Shown one piece after another: positions 1 to 12,352 of a DNA stretch of 64,000 nt (positions are counted from its first letter, which is position 1; each line of letters starts with the position of its first letter). This stretch comes from Octopus sinensis (lineage: Eukaryota). Under the pieces are notes generated by a model, which was not told where the DNA came from, ran no database searches, and worked only from the letters and a program-made list of their open reading frames with translations. The stretch spans positions 1,736,001 to 1,800,000 of the forward strand of contig NC_042997.1 in the NCBI RefSeq assembly GCF_006345805.1. The letters are read 5' to 3'. The position numbers and the translations under genes were made by a program.

Positions 1-1473
1 TGGAAATGGAAATAGAAAGATAGCCCATAGTTGAACAAGAAAGGTGCATCACTTAGCTGTTATGGATTGGAAAGAAACATTGAAAGTAGGCATGTTATAT
101 CTCATGTTGAAAATAATATCACTGCTGGTGCATTTGAAACGGTGTCTCTTCCATTTGGGGTGACAGAGTATGTGGAGTGATATAGGTTATCTTGAAAACT
201 GAAAATGGGATGAAAGACAAGGAAAGATAGATTGACGCTGGCCTGTTTCATACCTGAATAGTTGGAGGAACGCGAAATTCATGATAGAGCACATCAGGGA
301 CTACATAGATACATGGACTTTAATTAACTTTGTAACTCAATACTGCCTTTTGTTAAATTCCTGCGTACGATATGGGCATATATGTCTTCATTTCACCGCG
401 TGGCTGCTGAGGAAAAACCTATGACTGATTATCTAAGACGGAAACGCCAGCTGGTGGAAGTAAAATTAATTTCCGCACATTAAGTTTGAGAGGAGGAAAA
501 CAACAAAAGTTACCAATGGCTGTTCCCTTGAGACAGTACTAGGTGCACCTCTGGTGTTCGAGTGAGGTAAAGCTCTTAGCTTCTCATTTAAGAAGCCACC
601 GACGACACCAAGAATTTTCCTTCACTAGTAATAATAAACAGGAACGGAAGGAGTGATGAGAACCACTGTAACAAATATGCATCATAAATGGAATTATATT
701 AAAGAGACCCTTACGAGGATCAGGTAGCGAATGAGGTAGATTAGCAGGCTTTTGTGAAGAAAAAAACGCAAGATTCTCAGAAAAACACATAATCAGAATG
801 CGTGAAGCGCATCTCCTGCGCAACAGCTACTTCATCTGAAGAAGAATCTCCTTCTAGTATAGTGAAAAGCCTCAATCGAGAGCAACCGTCTCTCACAGGT
901 GAAGATGAATCACTTGGTCCTCGACAGACCTGAAGTTCACAGACAACTACATAACAAATAAAGCGTTGATGCATGACAATTCTGAAAGGCTTCTTCCTGA
1001 CAATATACTCATCAGTTAGAAGAGACTGTGGTTAAAAGAAACAATATTCGCTACGTTTAGAGAAGTCATCGGTGAAAATTCTAGAATCACTAATTGTAAA
1101 TACATATTGAGAAGTTATGATGGTTCTGTAATTAGTAATCTGGAGGACAAATGTAATCAAAACTGTTTGATTACCTTATCAAAGAATGAGGGAAATTCCC
1201 ACAATGAGTCATCGATTTGACTTCTCTTTGCTTTAAATCTTGTTTACATATTTTGTCTTTTAATATACTCTAAGTAATATACACATTTATTTATATGTCT
1301 TTCATAAAATTTTGCCGCAACATTTACTTTATAACATTTTCACACCTCATCTCAATTATAAGTAACATGTTTGTCCAACTCCACAATCATTGTTAACCTC
1401 ATTTGAAGGCTTCAAGTTTTGCATGTCCGTTTGATGTATATAAATATCCTCCGTGGCTAAAAAAGCAAATGCT

Positions 1474-1548
1474 TGTTATTATAGTTGTTGTTGTTATTAT
1501 TATTATCATTATTATTATTATTACTATTATTATTATTATTATTATTAT

Positions 1549-1580
<32 letters not shown>
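1474..1580. repeat. (ATT/TAT)n trinucleotide microsatellite
   Basis: Direct reading of ttattattatt runs; explains the poly-Ile/poly-Tyr ORFs at 1399-1822. Confidence 0.97.
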
Positions 1581-1581
<1 letters not shown>

Positions 1582-2739
1582 AAAACATTTTCTGACGTTG
1601 ATAGTGTTGGATTCGCTGATGGCATTATTGGTGATGATGGTGATAGAAGACGTGCTGCTGTTACCGCTGTTCTTGATGGTTGTATCGATGGCGATGACGA
1701 TGATGATGCTTACGATAATGATAAATCTTATTTGGCAAGAAACGATTGAAGCAAAATACACATCGAAATGTTCCCAACATTTCCTGTCAACTATTTACTT
1801 CGTCTTTTTCATAATATTATGACATTTCCTATGTGATATTTTTCACTGTATTTGTATTATTTCTGTCTTATGGCTGCCATATACAAAATCACTTTTGTAG
1901 ATTGTTCATTCATCTACATATATCGTTAAAATATTTGAATGACACAAACTGACACATTCAGATGTGAATAGCAGCAAATGTTTAATCCTAAACAAAACAA
2001 AAAAAATAGTTTATTTGTTATGCTGTAATCTTTTCTCATCATACTCCCCCTTCCTTTCTCTCTGTGTTTCACTTACTCGTTCTCTTCATCTCTCTCTCTC
2101 TCTCACCATTCCTTCTTCTCAGGCTTTGCTTCACACTCACTCATTCACTTACTCACTCAGTCATTTAGTCACTCATTCATTTACTCCTCTTCTCTCACAG
2201 ACCACATGTTCACAGTTGACAGGAGATTGCAGACTTGAATTTTCATACATTTCCAACACTTCGTCAGAATATTTTATTTAATGTTTAATGGAAAAATAAC
2301 GTGCAAATAAAACCTATATTCTATCAATAACTACGCCGTTTAATTGACTGTTTTAAAATATCTATTACATTATGTAGTATAAATGACAGAGGAACGGCCG
2401 ATGCTTTTGCAGTATTCTGCTGCATTCTCTCGGGTGCTTAGTTCAAATCCATTACTATTAGTATGAAGAAATACCAAAATGACAAAGAAAAATAAATATG
2501 AACAACAACAAACAACTAGGAGTTTTATGTGTGCTTAATTGAATGATACAAATAATGTATCTATGTAAACATCAAAGAAAACTTGAATTTTATTTCAAAT
2601 TGTGGTGAAAATATAAATTAGAGAGATTTATGATCAATGTACTGAAACGTCACTGCAGGCACACAAGAGAATATTAAAATCGAAAATTTTTGGAAGCGAA
2701 ATGAGTCAGAGAATACCTCTGATAAGTTGACTATTCTGT

Positions 2740-2949
2740 TAATAATCCTTTCTAATAAAGGTACAGGCTCGAAATGTGCGGGGAGGGGATTAGTCGATTA
2801 TATCGCCCACACAAATTTCATATTTCTTCGACTCCGAAATGATAAAATGCAAAGTCGACCTCGGTGGTATTTGAACTTAGAACATAAAGGCAAACTAAAT
2901 GCTGCTTAGAATTTTCCTTCCATACAAACGATTCTGCCAGCTCACCGCA
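2740..2949 (-). mobile_element. Degenerate SINE, family C (ggcggcgagctggcagaa... head)
   Basis: Shares caaagtcgacctcgg...atttgaact and attctgccagctc with the intact copy at 45633-45865. Confidence 0.8.
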
Positions 2950-3526
2950 TTCTAGTGTGCTAATAATGAAATTACAAAACTAGATAATAACAACAACAAA
3001 AATATTTATTCCAGACAAGATAAACAGATTAAAGTACAGTTTAGGGATCCAAGTCATTAAATCTTATGCTCTTCTCATTCTTGAATAATCTGTTGATGGG
3101 CGACTAAGTGGTAGTGAGAAATATTTAAAATTACAATTTTGCTTTAACTTTCCGGCTGAAGTTATGTTACACAGTTGAATTATGTAACACTCCATTTACA
3201 TAACTTCAGATTAAACACCATATTAACAACTGTGTGCTTGAGAATGCATGGCCATGATAAATTTCTTCAGTTCTTCTACACTTCCACTCTGCTCATGAAA
3301 CGGAACTGAAAGAGAATCGAAAATAGAAGACCACAATCTCACGTAGATGTACATAAAAAGAAGTTTTTTTCATGACATAAGTAGCTTACACATGCGCTAT
3401 TTCCTTATATTTCTGTCTCACTCAGTTGGAAACCTGGTCCGGTGTTCATTTCTATTTTCACACATATTTAGTTTTCTTTCAATCAGAAAATCGCACCGTA
3501 GATGAAAATGGCTATTTATTGACAGT

Positions 3527-3911
3527 GTTGGAAGCCCTCCGTCGGTTACGACGACGAGGGTTCCGGTTGATCCGATCAACGGAACAGCCTGCTCGTGAAA
3601 TTAACGTGTAAGTGGCTGAGCACTCCACAGACACGTGTACCCTTAACGTAGTTCTCGGGGATATTCAGCGTGACACAGAGAGTGACAAGGCCGGCCCTTT
3701 GAAATACAGGTACAACAGAAACAGGAAGTAAGAGGGAGAGAAAGTTGTGGTGAAAGAGTACAGCAGGGATCACCACCATCCCTGCCGGAGCCTCATGGAG
3801 CTTTAGGTGTTTTCGGTCAATAAACACTCACAACGCCCGGTCTGGGAATCGAAACCGCGATTCTACGACCGCGAGTCCGCTGCCCTAACCACTGGGCCAT
3901 TGCGCCTCCAC
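3527..3911 (-). mobile_element. Full-length tRNA-derived SINE (head A + tail X)
   Basis: Minus strand starts tggaggcgcaaTGGCCCAGTGGttagggcag...GGTTTCGATTCCcag (Pol III A and B boxes). Flanked by an 11-bp TSD ttattgacagt at 3516-3526 and 3912-3922. Homologous to 23075 and 24081. Confidence 0.93.
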
Positions 3912-6629
3912 TTATTGACAGTAACCATTCTGCGAAGTTTCAGTATCTTCGGGGTCCATGGACCCTGGGCGATACTATGTCATCAGCAGTAATTTCTCAA
4001 TGGATTTTCTTTATACAGCAATATATAAATTTGCTTCAAGATTATATGCAAATTCAAATTTTAATAGTTATTGAATAACAGCTCAGTACAAAACTTGTCA
4101 AAGATTTACATAGACCAAAGGCGATCCGTGGATTAGATAGCGGTGTATAAGAGCAACCTATCTGATATTCTATGAAGACAATGGGGGAAATGAACAACGA
4201 TATCCTGAAGATTGATTTGGATGTTTGCCAGGCATCTGATAGTTTCAATAACAATAATTTTTAAATATGCTTAAACAAAATGTACACTAACACTAGTCTC
4301 TGTATATATATATAATACTGAAGTGTAGTATTGTTTAAGTTGCTGCTTGGTATACGCTAAACCTCTCACTAAATAATTAAGTTTCTCCTTTCCATATCAA
4401 CACTCTAGGCTAATACTGAGATAACTAAATAATTTGTTGTTTATTATCTTATTATTTTTAAAACTAAATTCTACTTTAATTATTAAAATTATGTGTCTAT
4501 ACTCTCGCCTCTTGAACTTTTCATTCACTTGTTTACATTTTATTTTGTATTGTTCATTGTTCTCTAATCTTTCCAAGCTTGCTTTTACTTCCGCTTTAAT
4601 TGTTTCTTATGCAACACTATGTTAATATATATATATATATAATTTTTTTCTTTTCATGTTTACCCAAAAGTTTTACTACTCTGCGTCTTATTCATTTCTC
4701 TCATACATATCTATATTTTGTAGATTGCTGCAAATCTGGTTTCATTATTTACAATGTATTTCTTGATGTCGCACATGTATTTAATTCTTTTTTATAATTT
4801 GTATTCATATGGGATATGACTTAACATGCTAGAGAAAATTTTCAGCGTCAAAATCTTTGCAGTAAGAAGGGCTCCTGACGATATGAGGTAAAATCTTTAT
4901 AATTAACTGTATTTTTTTATAATTCTGAAACAAAATATACCGCATTGTATCATTTATTTTTTACTAGCGGGATTCTTGAATAGTTCACGGAATTAATGGT
5001 AAACTTCGTGGGTTATTTCTGGAAATATTATCCAAAATACCTGAAAGCGCAGCTTGTGTTTTGCCTGCATCAAAATAGTCTCTCATCTGCTAATGATTAA
5101 AAAGTGAAGGAAATTGGAATACGATGATTACTTAATTCACTTTATAGATACATTTTATATGCCTTATGCACAATTTTATACATTTAATACACATCACTCC
5201 CCGTCTTTCTCTCTCATTCTTTGCTTACCCTCTTTCTCTCTCTCTATTCTTTCGCTCTTCGCCTTTATCTTCAACTAAACATGTAAATTCATTACAGAAG
5301 GGCTAAGTAACGAAACAACAACTACTTAATAAAAAAAAAAGAAAAATGGACATTTCACCAACCACTGTCTCTACGTTCCCAACACATCCTCACCTGCTCT
5401 CTCACCTCCCCTACCCTTCTCTCCTACACCTTTCACCTTCCCCTATCCTCCCAATCCTTACTCTTTCACCTACCCCTCATCTCCTTCCCCCAGTCATTTC
5501 CTTTCTCCCTTTCAACTATTCACGTGGAAGCTTTATGGATAGGCTATGTAACGGAGTGACAAGCAGAATTATTATAAGTTAATATTTATAATGGCTGTAA
5601 CTTACTCATGGTTAATTATATTTGCATGAAAACACTAATATACGAATTCTGATAATGTATCGACAAGAAATTGAAACTCATCCTTATTTTGCTTATAGAT
5701 TTTTGATAACTTTCTTCGTAGTTGGTTTTTACAACCATATCAGTTGTTCCAGCATCTTTTCTACTCCCAAGGATATATGTTACCTTTTTTGGTTGATGTG
5801 TCGGTCTTTGCGATTTTCTTGAATTTAAGGACGCTTAAGCTGTAGAAAAGCAGAACATGGTTATGTAGATTTTACAACTTGACGTTTCTTTCAACTTGGA
5901 GATGAAGATTTTCCATTTGCGAGCCAGCACAGAATATATTTCAGATCCTTCAGTACTTCCTTAAATATGTTTCACTACAACATATTGTCCTTTTAAATAT
6001 TTAAATCAGAATTTTGGAATTGTAACGATTGCACTTTTTCCAGATGATTTTCGTTTAGTTGGTACATGATAATGCATATTGTTTATACGATTTTCGGTGA
6101 TTTTTCAGGGGTGGTATTCATTGTTTGAGAATATCATTTATGGCAATTCCTAAGCATTTTTTCCGTACTTGACAACGCCTACTTCTGTTGCATTGATTTT
6201 TATTTTATTCATACCTAAACATAGTTTTTGATAAAATCGTTTTCCACTGGAAAAAAAAAAATAGGCTGTTTTGTGCAAAGAAACGTCGTCACTTTCACAC
6301 CAATATATTCTTTGTGTTTTACCGGGAACTTTTGTTTCAGGCGTGATGTGACTACATTTTGCTTTTGTTTTTCTTTATATTCGTGACATTTGTTCTCCAG
6401 CCTCTTTATTTTTATTCATTTATCCAATGGTTATTGATTTCATTAAGGACTGATATAGTTTTCACTTTATATATTTTTCATGCTGTTTGCTGGCGCTTGC
6501 ATATCTGCACGAAAGAAAATCCGTAGAAGTATTCATATTCTTTCTAACAACTATGTCGATGCATATATTATTTTATTTGTCCTGACGGTATTAATATTCG
6601 ACATTGCTCTGTTTATATATGCAGTGACC

Positions 6630-6955
6630 GTGAGGGCGCGTGGCTTAGTGGTTAGGGCATTCGGCTCATGATCGTAAGGTTGTGAGTTCGATTCCCAGCG
6701 ACGCGTTGTGTCCCTGAGCAAGACACTTTATTTCACGTTGCTCCAGTCCACTCAGCTGGCAAAAATGAGTTGTACTTGTATTTCAAAGGGTCAGCCTTGT
6801 CACTCTCTGTGTCACGCTGATTTTCCCCGAGAACTACGTTAAGGGTACACGTGTCTGTGGAATGCTCAGCCATTTGCACGTTAATTTCACGAGCAAGCTG
6901 TTCCGTTGATCGTATCAGCTGGGACACTCGTCGTCGTAACCGGCGGAGTCTTTAA
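6630..6955 (+). mobile_element. Full-length tRNA-derived SINE (head B + tail X)
   Basis: A box tggcttagtgg, B box gagttcgattcc, central tgtgtccctgagcaagacacttt. The 3' half from ~6772 matches the tail of 3527-3911. 13-bp TSD atatgcagtgacc at 6617-6629 and 6956-6968. Confidence 0.93.
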
Positions 6956-9900
6956 ATATGCAGTGACCAGGTTTGCATCGTCAATTGTTGCTATTAGAGT
7001 TACCTTCGAGAATTACTGTCATATGTCTAGAATAAGATGTTGTATTGAATTTAACACTTTCATTATTTCCATTGTTTTAAATTTTGACTATTTTCATGTT
7101 TATATTTCAAATTCAGACTTACGTATTTTGTTACTTTCAGCATATCCCTCACTTATAAAGAATCCTTTTCTTACATCTTCAAAATTTTCGATGACTAATA
7201 TCTTACATTTCAATTTTGGTTGTTTTATTTCTTATTTCGTTTGCTTTAAAAGTGTTATCCTCTTCGTTATTAGCATTTGTAGCTGCTGTTTGACTTTTTC
7301 GTTAGCCATTTGTGTATTAATATGAGTTTTTTTTTAGAAGTTCTGTTACCAGGATTTCTGATACTTAGCTCTGAAATTGTATTTTTGTTTTGTTCGATTA
7401 TATTTTAGTACTAAACGTTATGTTTACTTCGTTATTTTTTCCTAAATCCCGACAATTTTCAATTACATAAATAGTGTCTAAATTTCGGTTTTACTGAAAA
7501 AATGTGTAACTGTAAAATATCCTTCAAAACAAATGTCTATAGACAGTACGTAAATTTGGCTTAGGGATACCACACTGTCTGTTAGTGATATTTTCGATTA
7601 AGCCGACATGCATTCCTCTACATAAAAGTATCTATTCCAGTATTCTTGACCCTTCTGCGCATGTTGTCATTCAATGCCATACAATTGTGTGCTTGTTATA
7701 CATCGTTTCTTCTTGGTATTTATATTTGTGTCGAGGTATTTATATTTATATCTCTAGATATATTGTTTTAATTTGAAACGCCAACACATGAGCAGAATAC
7801 TATTATAGTTAATGTTGTGGGAGACGTTGGTCCAAGAACAATTCTGAGCTCGTCTGTTTCATCCAAGTAGTCTATTCCAAAGGATGGTGTAGAGCGAATT
7901 TATGAATGCATTTCTAGCATACATGCCTATCCAAAATATTGATTAGATTATTTATTCGAGATAAATACAACGCACAAGGCAGTGCTGGAGATGCTAGTTA
8001 TTTGAGCTATGTCAGCCTGGTTCAACTAACGCTCGTGAATAATCAGCTTTTCTTCCGAGTTGTCAGTTTAGCGACAGAAATTTGCTATGGATCGGCTTGT
8101 AACATTTGAGAACTATGTTTTGTTGGGTCAAGCTCATTAAATTACATATGCTTTATTTGTAGTGGCCGTTAATGCTAGAGAAAAAGGCGATGCACTGTGG
8201 TTACTGTGATTAGTTTCACTAAATGGACCTAATGTTACTATGCATCTGTAGACATGCAGCAATCCTACAGAGGCACGGCACTTAGCCTGTCAACTTAATT
8301 TGGGGATTTGAATGATGTTTTTATATCTAAACAATCTGAGTTTGCTAGACTTTGGAAGCTGTCTTTGTCGGTACTTATGATTATGATTATTAATTTTTTG
8401 TTTCCTTATATGTTGATATGTTTGTGCTATTACTCTGTTACTGTTGAATTCTCATTGCTATATAGTTTAGACAACTCTCTACCTTTATCTTTCCACAATG
8501 AACCATCTTTAAACGTTATTACCATGTGCCTAATTTTGTAATAACTATATTTCTCGCATTGCGCCCACAAAATTTGGATTCTCCGTGTGCCAGTACTTTG
8601 TTTAAATGTTTGCGTGAACTTATTTTATTGCATGTACAGAGGAAAATTCTGGGGGTAATTATTAGATATATATGAATATATTTGTAGATATGGAGAAATC
8701 TTAAAATATGCGGAGACATTACAAGTTTAGAAACATTTTTGATGTGTCGGTAACTCATATAATAGTAGGAAATAAATAAAACCCTTGTACGAAATCTGCG
8801 TTTGGGTATAATAAGTGCCATCCGAATGGTAAAATATGTATCCTAGAAACAAATGAAGCTGCTATAATATTATAAAAATACAACTTTGTATATTATTTGA
8901 GAAATTGATAACTTTCTGAGTAAAATTTACGCTAAGATAGGTTGTTTATTATCCGTACTATCAAAATATTCATCATTGCATTCCTAGGCAAGTTCCTTGT
9001 TTGCATTTCTACCCAATATTATATTCATGAGATATCCACATCAAATTTTAAAAATTTATAGATATTTTGCGCATATGAATAAAATTTTGACGATGTAACC
9101 TCATGAGAAATTATCAAGATGAAATGGGAAGTTATCTGAGCTATTAGTTTTGTACTTTGTGGAAATTATTCTAGTTTTTATATGAATGATTTCGAGAAGT
9201 ACAGTACATAAGTGCCTAATACATTACGCATTTTATAAGATATCTTGTCTACAATAGATTTGCGAATTTATCGCGAAAATTATATAACTTTCAGCGATTT
9301 CAACCATTGGAATGTTAATTAAAACTGCATTAAACTAAAACAATTACTATACGAAACTGTATGAACAACGCGAAATAATTTGAATGTATTGTCAAACGAT
9401 TTGAACTATTTGTGTACAATTTAATTTGCGGTTTGAAAAACGCGTCCTAAACGACACACCTTCTTGCCTCAAGTCAAATTCTACGAACAGCACAATTACA
9501 GAAACAGCGAAAGCTCCAGTAAAAATTATAGATAATGAATGGGAATTCGGCATAGTAATTAGTAGTTAGATACAATGATTTTGTCAGTTCGACATCATCA
9601 TTCTTGGATATATTCTTCATTTTGATTCTTTGAGGAATCATGGCGATGCTTCATTACAGGAAATGCTTTTCATATTTGATGCCATTCAACAACAGGATAT
9701 TAAATTGCCTAAGATTTTCTAAGGGCTCTTAACATCATCAGTCTTAAAACTGACTTCTCTCATTTGTTGTTGAGTTTCTAAAACAAGAGATGCTTATATA
9801 CGCATGCACATATAAACATACTAATATTCATTTATTCACATATTTCAGAACATTTATAAAATGACATGTAGACAAATAAACATATATTTGTAAGCAATTC

Positions 9901-9990
9901 TAGTCACTTGTTGTTACGTGTATGCCTAAATATCTACACAGATATATATATACGCATTTTCATATGCATATACAAATACTTACATTCCTT

Positions 9991-10037
<47 letters not shown>

Positions 10038-11273
10038 ATGACCAATATATAACATTTGCGTATATGTGTGTGCACTCCTGTGAGGAAGTAAGAGTAAAAA
10101 CAAATATAAAAAAGAATACTTAATGCACAAAGTCAAGTGATTATATTATATTATTGGATGCAGAACACAACAGAAATTATTACCGCGAATTTCACCATTC
10201 TGAGCTTGCAGCAATATTGATGAATAGACAAAACAATTTACGATGTATAATAAAGGAACACAAGAAAAATGCTCAACATTGTAAGATATTATTGGATGCC
10301 GAAAAATCCCTTAAACTCACGTGCGTTGTATTCCCTCCACTTTATATGTAAGACCTGGCATATAAAGGGTGATATTGGGTGATAAATTATCGGTATCAAC
10401 CTACGGCGCCAATAATACATAATAATCTCTCTAGAAAAATTGCTTCATGACGGAACATTTTTCTAATTTATTACAATGATTGAATTAAGAGTGGATGTGA
10501 TGAAATTGTTAGCAAATATATTAAACACTCAAATAATAAATAACTTATTTGAATCTGTATTCGGGAAATCTCAGTTGAAACGGATGTACGATATAGCGTG
10601 CCCAAGATATAAGAATATGTTCATTTCAACTATTGTATTTTGCATATTGAAATAAATTACATCAGAAAATAAGAATGATTAATCACTAAACCACCACCAC
10701 ACTCATAGACATATACGCATAATAAATAATGTGTAACAAGCATAGTTGCACAATCAAACACTTCCTCTTTTACGAGAAGATGCTAGTGGAAGGCGTTTGA
10801 ACAAAGCAAACGAACAACATACGGGTTAAATACTTCATCCATTGAAATTATCACCGATTCTCAGAATGCAGGGAAAATCGCTTGGTAGCAATTATGTCTA
10901 ACGGCAAATGAGAATGAAAGACAATTTAAACACACAGAATTCTCCATAACTGACTTGACACTAAAGAAGAGTCAATCTGCTTGACTGGAGACTAACTTTG
11001 CACTTGTAAATACGAGCCTCTGCTTTAAGACGTGACATCAGCACATCATGCACGACATTATATCCAGAAAACAGGGCAAAAAAAAAAGACGCAAAATGGG
11101 TGGAAACTTTTTATGGCACAATTATCTTATATAACTAAAAGAAAAATTAACTTAAAGCGCCCATTGACATATACTGTACAGCAAAAAAGGACTCTATTTA
11201 ATAGCACAACAGATAAATTATTGAAATATTGAAGAATGTTAGGAGAGTCGCATGTTAGTAGTTGAAACAACGT

Positions 11274-11553
11274 GCGGAAGCACATAGCCTAGTGGTTAGA
11301 GCAGCTGACTCGCAGTCAAGGGATCGCGGGTTCGAATCTCAGACCGGGCGATGTGTGTGTTTATGAGCCAAAACTCCTAAGCTCCACGCATCTCCGACAG
11401 AAGTTAATGGCGAACTTCTACTGACACTTTCGCGACAATTTTCTCTCACTCTTTCCTCCTGCATCTTGCAGCTCAACCGCGAAGGACCGGTGTGCCGTCC
11501 AGGTGGGGAACCTATATGCCAAGAAACCGCATGGCTCGAGAAGGAACAAACAA
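11274..11553 (+). mobile_element. tRNA-derived SINE (head A + tail Y)
   Basis: tagcctagtggttagagcagctgactcgc...gggttcgaatctc. The head matches 3527-3911 but the 3' part differs. Decayed TSD gttgaaacaacgt (11261-11273) / gatgaaccaacgt (11554-11566). Confidence 0.88.
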
Positions 11554-12230
11554 GATGAACCAACGTATATATGAGAAAAGCAAATACTCTTTAGAATCGA
11601 GCGTTATCGAAACTGACATTCAAGTCTATATAATAATGGGAGATCTGGAAGCTTTATTCCATGGATTACCTCTATTTTTCCTATAGATTTTGTCCCGCTC
11701 GCCAAGGAGCGATTATTTTGATATATCCCTGAAACATAATGTCAACAATCAAGAATCTATTTACATTGTGCTTGATATAAAATACTTCGTCTTTCCTGTT
11801 TGAATACATGTCCTAAGGCAAACTCAATTACTTCCTCTTAGTTAATTTCGTTTAAGTTAAGCATTTAACTACGTCACAAATGTGTTTCCAATCTTCGTCA
11901 TAAATGTTTAACATACTCATATACTTCATAATATAAGAAAACCACCAGCAGCATAATGATGCCTGCTAATTTTGTACGTAAACTGAGTATACGACACAAT
12001 CATTGGTGTAATGAGATGTGCAAATTTATATTAGCCGCTTTGACAAGAATTAGACAATATACACTCAATTCGTGCAAGTTCGAAGGAATTCAATGACTTT
12101 TAAATTATAATAGTGAAGTACAAGAATGTAAACGCATTTTAGTTGTAAATTCTACTGATTAAAAGTTAAATATATAGGCAGATAAATATAGATAGTTAAA
12201 TATATACATACACACATACATACGTTCGTA

Positions 12231-12272
12231 CATATATATATATATATGTGTATACATACACACACACACACA

Positions 12273-12315
<43 letters not shown>

Positions 12316-12352
12316 CTGTGTGTGTGTGTGTGTGTATGTATACACATATATA
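12231..12352. repeat. Compound (TA)n/(CA)n/(TG)n microsatellite
   Basis: Direct reading. Confidence 0.95.

Noticed and set aside
1399-1822. ORFs of 98-139 aa with poly-I/poly-Y
   Set aside because: Translations of an (ATT)n microsatellite and adjacent GAT-rich low-complexity DNA.
3840-3911. tRNA gene calls for SINE heads (also 6630, 11274, 26618, 28648)
   Set aside because: A and B boxes are present, but there is no complete acceptor stem or poly-T terminator, and each continues into a repeat body, often with TSDs.
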